Source of the DNA: Ptychomitrium polyphyllum
Taxonomy: Eukaryota
DNA: 64,000 bases
Reading direction: 5' to 3'
Assembly: GCA_973851085.1 (NCBI GenBank)
Contig: OZ316775.1
Location: forward strand, 3,348,001 to 3,412,000
In this document: piece after piece, positions 54,969-64,000 of the stretch
Position numbering within the stretch: the first letter of the stretch is position 1
Layout of the letters: each line of letters opens with the position of its first letter
Notes under the pieces: model-generated
What the model was told of the DNA's origin: nothing
Databases searched by the model: none
Seen by the model: only the letters and a program-made list of their open reading frames with translations
Position numbers and translations under genes: made by a program

Positions 54969-55613
54969 TGTTGGAAACACAAGAAACAAGAAGCAGAAAC
55001 GAAGTGTTTCCCAAAAATTAGCTTTTAAAGAGCTAATGATTAACAAGAATTTGATACAAAGACTAGAACAAGGCAGGATTCAAGATGATCCACAACTTGT
55101 GTTGGCAAGATTAAGGAATACCTTGTCTTGCCTCCTATTTATACTATGACGTTTGTATTTCCTAGGATACTTCTAAAAAAGCTTTCTACAAGGCTTAAGA
55201 ATGTTCTAGAAGTCTTGGGAATCTTCCCAAGAAATTTCTTAAGATGTTGGAACCTTCCTAAGAAGCTTCCAAGGAATTGGAACCTTCCTTGGAAGTTTCC
55301 TAAGGTAACGGAACCTTCTTAGGAAGTTTCCTAAAGAGTTAAAACCTTCCTAGGAAGTTTCATAAGGTGGAGGAACTTTTAGAGGAAGTTTCCTAAGGTG
55401 ATGGAATCTTTAGAGGAAGTTTCTTCAAAAATTACCTAAGATGATAGAACCTTCTTAGGAAGTTTTCTAAAGTGGAGGAACTTTTCTAAGAAGCTTCCTA
55501 AGTACATAGAAAGGCTATGGAGACATTTAAAAGTATTCTAAGAAGCTATTATAGTATACTAGAAGGTTCTAGAATGTTCTAAGGACTATGTTGCATGATC
55601 TATGTCCGTGACA
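54969..55613 (-). mobile_element. Solo LTR (~645 bp) of an LTR retrotransposon, probably Gypsy-type
   Basis: Minus strand reads TGTCACGGACATAG...TTTCCAACA (TG...CA termini). Flanks AAAAT / AAAAC form a 4/5 target-site duplication. Internal TATAAATAGG near 55134-55143 (minus) and a degenerate ~31-bp GGAACCTTCTTAGGAAGTTTCCTAAGG tandem array at ~55200-55500. The superfamily is inferred, as no internal domains are present. Confidence 0.85.
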
Positions 55614-56910
55614 AAAACTTATGCCATAGAAAATTAGCAATAAAATTGGATAATTAAAATGCAATGGTAGCCCAATCTATTGTTTATATGCAATCATTAG
55701 GTGTCAAGTATTCAAAGCCACATCCTATCATCATGTTAAAATCTTTTTTATTTGATAAATAATTTACACATAGTACTTAATATTTCAATCATTAATAGGT
55801 AAAGAATTCCATATTAACATATTTTCAAATGTCACTCTCACTTTTGTAATACAAGCTCTAGCAAATCTTTAAAAGTACATTGTATATACTGGTATAAATT
55901 GTTTTTGATTGCTATTTTGATTGCCATTTAGGTGCTATTAACTACATTGTCATCCATTCTTGTTAAAAAATTCTTTGTTCTCGGCTATTTCCATTAAGTT
56001 TTTTGACATGCTTCTTTAGTTCTTTAAATGCAATTACATGTGAACTTTACTATAAGATTCTTTCATCTATAATAAGTCCACCTCAATGTGCACAATATAT
56101 TTTCTATTAGAATATACAAAAAGAGCCACTGTGCATAATAATTGCATCATTTATTATAAAAAAAAGGAAGCAAATCGCTTATTGTATCTTCTTTCTCTTT
56201 TACCAAATTCTTAGACACTAATTCTACCTTTATGATCAGGACGCAACTCAACTCTCACATCCAATGGGAACTCCCCATTGTCCAGACCAAGACTCCAACT
56301 CAAGCATATAATACTGCAAGGCTACAACCCCGACCGACGGTTGCCCTCGCACCGCAACACCAACTTTCTCAAGCAAGGAGCTCCTAACTCCTGACCGTCC
56401 GCCGGTCGGGAGCGCCGGGCCTAGTCACGGCATGGAACCTCTAACCCTCGGTCACCAGGAACCACGACCAACTCATCGCCGTGGCGCTCGGACTCAGGTG
56501 GAACGACGTCAGACCGCGTGACCGCTGAGCTCGGTCACGGGAAGGAATGAGCGCCGACCCAAGACCGCGACGTCAAGAGTGGGAGACTGTTGCCTCGCAA
56601 GCTCAGCCTTGGAGGCAGCTCCGCGCTCATGTGTCGTTGTGTATCTGTGATGAACATTTCCTGATAGAAATGTTCGGCCGATGGTTGCTCAATGGTTCCG
56701 CGCTGGTTGCCAGAGCAACGGTGCCGACACCTGAATGATCCATCACAGCTTTCTACCCGGGCTGCACTCACGGGGCGCAACACGGAGTGCCATGCCGTGT
56801 GGTGGCAAGGTTCCGTTTTGTGTTTGATGTTGCTGGGAGTGGGATCCTAGGTGCGACCGTCCCATTACGCTGGGGGGTGTGGGGAGGAGGGTCGGGGACG
56901 CGAGGAATCC

Positions 56911-58554
56911 ATGATGGCACGCCCGCGCGTCAACCTGCAGGATTTCAAGGCTAGAATGGTGAAGATCCTGGGCCAGGCGAAGGAGAGGCAATACAGCAGC
57001 TTGCTATCGAGTTATCTCAGCTACCGCCTGTCGAAGGAGGAGCTTGACAGATTGGTGCCGTCCACAATTGGCAAGGAGAATGTGGTTCTGCATAATGAGT
57101 ATGTGCGCGCAATTATCACCAATGTCGTCTGTGGCGAGCCTCCCGCGCTCCCGCCTTCGTTGTCCGACTTCGCCAAACCCTTGAAAGGTGCGTGCACGCC
57201 CATGCGAGTCTTTGTTGCTTTTCTTTTCTTTGATAATTCCTGGAGTGGTTGAGGGTTTTTGGAATGCAAATGACGGTCGTCTCTATGTGTTCGGTCGTCT
57301 TAGTAGCTGGTTGGATGTGTTGTGGTTTTGGATGGGGCGCTGGTTTGCTGGGGAGAATCGGCCACTACCGAAAAGAAGAGATTTTGTTGTTGGTCGTCGG
57401 TGGCGATTTCGGAAGCAGGTTGTGGCTGCTGGTATTGTTGCGTGCTTGGGTTCGAACCTCTGCGAACTTGTCGAGTGGTTTGGACTCCCGGGACCCGGTC
57501 TGCGGAGGAGTGGTGTCTGTGTTTTTGACGGGCATGCCGGGCCGCTGCAATGGCAGCTCGGCGATGATCCGGTGATGCGTAGTGATGGATGCCCGGCATT
57601 GATGCAGGCGTCCGGCGCAAGCCGAGCTTTTCAGGGGCTGATGAGGGCCCGACGTCGGTGTGCGCAGGAACGCAAAGCGGGCGATCGAACGGGGATGCGT
57701 TCGGAATTTCCGCTCGCAAGGGCCGGTCGGTCGTGTGGAAGGGTGCGGAGAGGCCGAGCCCACTGGGGAGCCAGCGGGCAGACGCCTCCGCTGCCGTGGA
57801 CGGCGAGGGCGGGCGGGCCTCGGAGAACGGGCATCTGGGTGGGCCGGATTTGTTGCGGCCGCTGCACTCCCAGCAGAGCGCCGAGGAGCCGGAAGACTGG
57901 CAGGGTGCACATCCTGCGAAGAGGCCCCGGCACGAGGAGGCCCGCGTGCAGGATGGCAGAGCGGAAGGGGAGGGCGCGGGAGCGGACGAGGAGCACGACG
58001 AGGAGGACGAGGACGTGGGGACCATCTGGTTGGCGTCGTCGGACGTGCAGGTGCCGCTGGGAATCCCATTCTGTCGGCCGAGTGCCGGAGGGGCCCGTGC
58101 GGCGCCAGCTGCGCCGATGCCTCCAGGGCCGCTGACGCTGTCCATGCTGGGGTACGCGCTGGACGACGAGTGCAGCGGCAACGCTCTGCCATCTCCGGCG
58201 GAAATCCAGCAGCGCGTGCAGATGGGAGCGTGTGTGGACAGCCGGCTGGAGGGCTGCGATGCGGAGAGCGCGCTGGTGATCAGGGCGGCCCTGGAGGTGC
58301 ACCTGCAGAGGATACTGAAGTGCGTGGTGGAGCAGAATCGGGCGAAGCGTTCGAGTCACAGGGAGGGTTCAGGCAAGAACGGGTGCCGCCCGAGTCACAC
58401 AGAGAAGGCGGGTTCGGGAGACGACGAGCAGGGCCAGGGCCCGATTTCGCCGCTGGATTTATACGTGGCCATGGACATGGACCACTCGAAAGCGGGGGCG
58501 AACTGGTCCGTTCTGTTGGAGAAGCTCCTGCTTCGAGTGTTCTGGGATCAATAG
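56911..58554 (+). CDS. ADA1: Transcriptional adaptor ADA1/TADA1-like SAGA subunit, copy B, 2 exons, ~407 aa
   Basis: Exons 56911-57187 and 57608-58554 (phase-1 GT-AG intron; junction AKPLK-G-VRRKP). The exon 2 translation is identical to copy A. Exon 1 differs (MMARPRVNLQDFK vs MMVPIQRGPRVNLQNLK, plus SY/LS, E/Q, E/G, V/A). Confidence 0.85.
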
Positions 58555-59000
58555 CACGGCGGCGGTCCCCCCGCAAGCCGCTCGCAACATGTGGTGTACT
58601 TTTATGGACTTGGACGATGGGTGATGCCCTTGTGAATAACAGCTCCGGGTAGACCCACTCGAGCGACCATTTCAAGCCGGAGAGCGAGGAAGAAATGTGT
58701 CCGGACTCCAATTTTGTCGGTGCTAATTGCGCCGTAGCATGTTGTGTGGTGCACGAGGGGTGGTTTGTGTTGCCGTGATGGTCCGTGTGAAGAGAAGTTA
58801 GTGGTAGGAAGAGGCTCGTGAGGGCCGCGGCAAACTGTGTGCAATTTTGAGGTGACCCGTTGACAAGGATTGAAATTGTTGTGAAGAGAAGGCTTGGCTT
58901 CATATTGGGGTTGACGCTAGAACAGGTTGAAGATTATGCTGCTCGTGATAACGACGTGCTTTCGGTGCAGTATGTATGAAAGTTTTGAGATGTTTAACAT
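57246..59000. repeat. Inverted-repeat arm tract B2; reverse complement of 10993-12748
   Basis: See tract A2. Identity begins at TGGTTGAGGGTTTTTGG inside the intron. Confidence 0.95.
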
Positions 59001-60279
59001 TTTTTAGGGGCTCTGGTGTCGTCATCTTAATTCAAAACTTGGATGTATATCGTTTTGCTTCTTATTCGTATTCATTTCTGTTCATACTTCTGGTAATTTT
59101 TTCCTGTGGCTTTGTTGATTTTTTGTGAACTTCGGCTTCGTATAGCGCATCTGCGGAATGTACGCTGTTGACGTCATCTGCTATTTGAGGCTTTCATTTA
59201 GTATGTGAAACGATAAGGGCTTGTCTGTGCACAGAAAATTTCTCTCAAGTTCACTAAAAAGCTATTGAGTTGGAGATTAAGAGATGTTTTTTGAGGCGAG
59301 GTTTGTCAGTATCTCCTTCCTGTGTTCTTGTGTTCAAGACTACGAACGTTATTCCCCTTCTTATCTTCTACTTGTGGTCGAATTTATGGGTCTACTCGTG
59401 CAGTGTATTGCAATGTGTTCGGTGATGAATGTTACATACTTGAATATATCCTTGCTGCTGGTATATAATTTACTCTATACCCCTGTGTATTGCCGCTAGA
59501 GGTTAATGGCTGAAGTTTATGTTTGCTGCTTCAGCTGTATGTTGATTCGTAGGATGTCGAATGAGCTAATGTAAGTTTTTTACATTGGATACTGGATCTA
59601 AATTTTGTATTTAGATTAAACTTAAGTTTTATACGACTTCGTCAATGGTGCGGAGGTAGGCACAATGTGTGTAGTGTTGGTAAAATTTTGGACGTCATTG
59701 TCACTGGTGCAGTTATATCACCTATGATAGTTATGTAGGAGCGATCTTCAAGTTACTTGCAATGCGAACATTGCTGTCACATTAAAGCGTCCTACATTCA
59801 GAGTTGCTCACGAATAAATTCCAAACGTCTAAGGTGAAATGTGATTATAAAGATTTGGATGACGATTTATATCCAGATAAAGCTTCTGAACAGCACGCAA
59901 ATAATGTATAAACCATGTAACTACATTTCAAAAATGGGAGAAACAAGAACACAAGGAGTTATAAAACAACAGGCCGAGGGACTTTTATTTACTGGAAATG
60001 CAGATACACTAGGACAGCGACAATTTAAGCGCAGAGCACCGCTAATCACCACTGAGCCTGCCAAGAGTTGTACTAGTGACCGACATACCCTCTACCTCGC
60101 CTTCTAAATCCGCTAAGCACATCCACATAACAGTCGCTTAAACGTACAATCGAACACAGCTGAATTGAACCAACTGGTAACTTCTAGGCATAAAGTGAAT
60201 CAGACCAGAAGTATAAACCACCTCTACGCTTCACAACAGAAAACTCCCTTCCAATATTCCTTGAAGCAGATTGACGTGG

Positions 60280-60657
60280 TCAGTAAGGAGGTGGAGGACA
60301 TGGTTTCTTCTTGCCATCATGGTGGGGAGGTTTACCGTCGTGGTGCGGGGGCTTTCCATCATGGTGGGGAGGCTTGCCGTCATGGTGAGGAGGCTTCTTG
60401 TGGTCATGGTCGCCATGGTGGGGAGGCTTGTGACCATCGTTGTCGTGATGAGGAGGCTTGTGATCCCCATGGTGGGGAGGCTTGTGCCAAGGTGGAGGAG
60501 GGGATTTGTAGACATACGGAGGGGACTTGCCCCATTTCTCATTCGCTTCGATGGACTGAAGCTCCCGGCCTTCCGCCGCTGGTACACTCAAGGTGAGGAC
60601 AATGGTGGTCAGAACGAGGGCTGCTGCCCCCAACACGAGAGGCTTCATGGTCGCCAT
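60280..60657 (-). CDS. Small secreted His/Pro/Lys-rich extensin-like cell-wall protein, 125 aa
   Basis: ATG at 60657. Hydrophobic signal-peptide-like segment MATMKPLVLGAAALVLTTIVLTLSVPAAEG, one extensin motif SPPYVYKSPPPP, seven KPPHH(DG/GD/DN) repeats, ending KKKPCPPPPY-stop. A 3' splice site CTACAG lies just upstream at 60711-60716, consistent with a 5'-UTR intron. Confidence 0.8.
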   Translation of the reverse strand: MATMKPLVLGAAALVLTTIVLTLSVPAAEGRELQSIEANEKWGKSPPYVYKSPPPPWHKPPHHGDHKPPHHDNDGHKPPHHGDHDHKKPPHHDGKPPHHDGKPPHHDGKPPHHDGKKKPCPPPPY

Positions 60658-61504
60658 GGTGACGAAATGCGGAGCCAGCTTCACTTTCGCCTCACGATGT
60701 TTTTAGAGTCCTGTAGCAAAGGATAGCAATATCATGAAATTCAGCAAACGATTGTGATCATATTACATGCAGGGGGCTAAATCAGTAAAATACTAATGTA
60801 CGCTGACTTACAATTGTCAGAATGAGGCATAGAAGTATTAGGATGATGTGTAGTTTTGATCTACAGCACAAACGGACTCGTAGAGATTGACTGAAACTGA
60901 GCAAAAACTTCAAAACTCTCGGTCTCAACCAACATGAGAGATGCTAAGGTGAAATGTGTTGTATCGCCTTTGTCAACACTTATCATCAATCAGCCAGGTG
61001 CAATAACACGTTGAGCGACTTCATTACTTTCAACGAGCCATGGCCTCAAAATTGAACCCAACTACACAGCAGTAGATCAAGCTGATATGCAGCTAACCAA
61101 CAGGCTACAGAGAATCCAAACTCTGCTTCTAGAATCAAGCAATGTAGTGAAGGGCTGCAGCTAATCATCAAAATCGGAGGCTGGTAATAATGCACAAAAC
61201 GTTGATTACAGGACAGAGAAGCCCAAACATTACAAGTAGCTGATAAACAGAGCTTCTAAATTCAACTATAACAGACTGGAGGTGCTCAACGTGCATGAAC
61301 ACAGCAACTTAGCCAATTGCAAACAGTTCACTAAACTGCTCGCCAAAACAATCCACTATTTCACAGCATTTTCTAACACATTTCACAAGTCTAGCAACAT
61401 TGCTAGTGGGAATGAAGTTGAGCAAGGTGAAGACCTGCTAAAATGGCCCACTGGGCGAGAGAAGACAGTGAGATATCGTGTAAGAGATGAGCAGAGGGAG
61501 GGGG

Positions 61505-61510
61505 TTTATA
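61505..61510 (-). promoter_or_regulatory. Candidate TATA box of the His-rich extensin-like gene
   Basis: Minus strand CCCTTTATAAACCCCC followed by a pyrimidine-rich leader. A possible donor CAG|GTCTTC at 61434 would pair with the acceptor at 60711. Confidence 0.45.
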
Positions 61511-61612
61511 AAGGGAATGGGGAGGGGGCGTTGGCGAAAATCTGCAGCTTACAAGCGGCCAGCAGCAGGGTCACCCTGTCAATGGCTTCATTTCACCAGT
61601 GTCAATCTTTTC

Positions 61613-61672
61613 CAGAAGGTGGACTCATGCAGAAGGTGGACTCATGCAGAAGGTGGACTCACGCAGAAGGTG
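61613..61672. repeat. 17-bp tandem repeat (CAGAAGGTGGACTCATG), 3.5 copies
   Basis: Units start at 61613, 61630, 61647 and 61664. Confidence 0.9.
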
Positions 61673-63525
61673 TCGTCACTAGCACATGTACGTAGTCTCG
61701 GAGCTGTGTAGGATACATTAATTATAGATCATCAGCTGAGTCAAGTTACAAGTTAAGGTAGTATTGTAGCTTGGGCTTTTGCCAACTAAGAATTCAGCTG
61801 CGAGATTACATAGAAGTAGGCAAATCTAAGTCAAAGCAAAAGGAACTGATAAGGTGAAGATTATTCCTCAGTGATGTGCAGTTCATTGCCTTCCATTGAA
61901 TGCTAACTTATTGAGTGAACAAGAATTAATGGTCAGTTACACATGTAGAGGCTGCTTACTTCTGTTAATATTCAGTGGTTAATTATCATTTCCTGTAAGA
62001 GTTGCTCGCTTCCACAATTTTGAGCCATTTGAGTAAGGTTTTTCATGTCCACTGAGGTTCAGTATGTGTGAATGGGTCTTTGTTTGAAATTCACTCTTGA
62101 GCATTCTTTGCCAGAAATTCACTCCAAGTTGCTGAGTATGACAACAATGACGAGAAGAAAAATGCTATTGATACTGTCCATGCTCTAATGACACAATTGC
62201 CTCAATGCATTTTATTGCATGTAACTTGATTTTGCAGGCCTTGGAATGTATATTGGCAAATTTTTTATTGATGATTCTTGTGCAAATTGACAGTATTCGT
62301 TTAGCATGTTTGCCACAACATGACTTGCAAGAAGTATATTTTAGGTGTAGTATGATAGTACCAATGTGACTGTCTACATGAATTACTGTCTTCATTACTG
62401 TTGTGCAAAGTACTGATTAAAAACATTAGTACTGCAGAAGGAAAGGGCTTCACAGGTTAACAACCTACATGGCTTTTCTCTTGATCTATTTGCCAAGCAG
62501 GTAGCTTGATGGGGCAGTGTGCCAATATCCCCTGCCATTGTCATTGAATTTGATGATGAACTTTTCTAGAATAAGTTCAGTTAAAACTTATAGTCTGATG
62601 CAGTGCAGCTGAGTCCTGAGAACATTCTGTGAGATTTCTCAGATCTATGTAGAAGTCAAGTGATGTAATTCGTTCTTGCACTTGTACAAATTAACTTGCA
62701 GTTACAAGGTATTCTGAGTAACTGATTCTATGATTTCCATTTGGGAAATCTGTGTATGTGAAAACATGGAGCAGCAGAATCAGTGAGACAATGCACATCT
62801 TTGACAAATACCTTCAAGGTGAAGTACAGAATACCCATTCCTGCATTCAAAAATGTATGAACTTATCTTTGCTCTACTTTGATAACCATGTCTTTCCTAA
62901 TCAAAATTGGTCATGCAATATCTTGGATACTGAAAAGAAAACCATCTGGTATGCCTTCTCAGGGTCACACCTAGACTCAAACACTCTGATCAAATGGCTG
63001 AATCAGTTAGTCCTCATCCTGAGACTGTCTTGAGCCCTGGCTTCTCCTGGCCAGTCTAACCTAACTTAAGAAATCCTGTACACAGAGATAGTGTGGCAGT
63101 GCCCAGCAGTGGAATGCTCAATGTTGATTCTTGACAATTCACAATAGGGCACATGCTGCACTATACAAATCGCTTTCATTTGCCACTTTGGAAGCATGCG
63201 GCTCCAACCCGGATGGTGAAAGACCTGACTGAAGCCTGTCCACAGGGGAAGGGTGAGGTCAAGTGCTCCCTAACCCTTCATCTCTACAGCTATTTGAGCT
63301 TCATAACAGTTTAGCTATGAGGCCATACACCATGATCAACTGGACTACAATAATATTCCACTTCTTCTCTAAACGGTGAACTTTGCTAAATATTGTCTTT
63401 ACCTAGAGTATCTAGCACCATATTGTATTGTAAAAATGGTAAAAAGCCATTCAGCTTAAAAGGTAGGTAATGTTCACATCAAGATTGTAACCAGTAGGCT
63501 ATAAACTCTACATGTTGGCAAATTT

Positions 63526-63645
63526 TGTCCTTAAAAATCACACAATTTATGTCCTTAAAAGGTAAATGTGTCCCATGTCCTTAAAAATCACACAATTTAT
63601 GTCCTTAAAAGGTAAATGTGTCCCATGTCCTTAAAAATCACACAA
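63526..63645. repeat. 50-bp perfect tandem repeat, 2.4 copies, each with two TGTCCTTAAAA subunits
   Basis: Units start at 63526, 63576 and 63626. Confidence 0.9.
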
Positions 63646-64000
63646 GATGAAGTTTGAAGGATAAATTGAATAAAAAATATATATCATGAGATTACCAACT
63701 CAATTGTCTATATACATTATGTGGAAACTACTTGCTAATTTTAACACCCTTTTTGAGTAAAAACACTGACCCTTCAAACGAAACCACTTTTTGGTTTCTG
63801 AGGACGTAAAGGTAAAAGTGCCAAAATATTCATGCAGCATAAATACATAAATGGCCATAGTCTTGAGCCTCTGGAGTCTGTGGTTGCTTTGTAATACAAG
63901 GTTAGCAAACTTGCAGGCACTAAATTGCATAAATTGTGTATTTACTGTCAGCACTTTTGTTTTAGAATTGGTTCAAATACAAGTATCTTACGCAATGGGC

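Noticed and set aside
63198..63280. Faint A-box/B-box-like spacing suggesting a tRNA or tRNA-derived SINE
   Set aside because: Both boxes deviate from consensus, and no cloverleaf, tail or TSD could be built.

Overview
Intron-rich eukaryotic land-plant DNA. Gene content and the LTR style suggest a moss such as Physcomitrium, but this is inference. Eight protein-coding genes can be built with GT-AG splice sites: a Nopp140/SRP40-like nucleolar phosphoprotein (+), an ADA1/TADA1-like SAGA subunit (-), SF3B4/SAP49 (-), a 51-exon callose synthase of the GSL8/GSL10 type (+), BUB3 (-), a second SF3B4 (+), a second ADA1-like gene (+), and a small secreted His/Pro-rich extensin-like protein (-). There are also a solo LTR, a truncated LTR of the same family, a decayed TE-like stretch and several short tandem repeats. 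The main structural signal is an inverted duplication of the two-gene block [SF3B4 + ADA1] around a ~30.5-kb spacer holding CalS and BUB3. Two sharply bounded tracts (3.34 kb and 1.75 kb, introns and 3' flanks included) appear essentially identical between the arms, while the promoters, the intergenic DNA and ADA1 exon 1 have diverged. This pattern fits an old duplication homogenised by arm-to-arm gene conversion, although an assembly artefact must be excluded.
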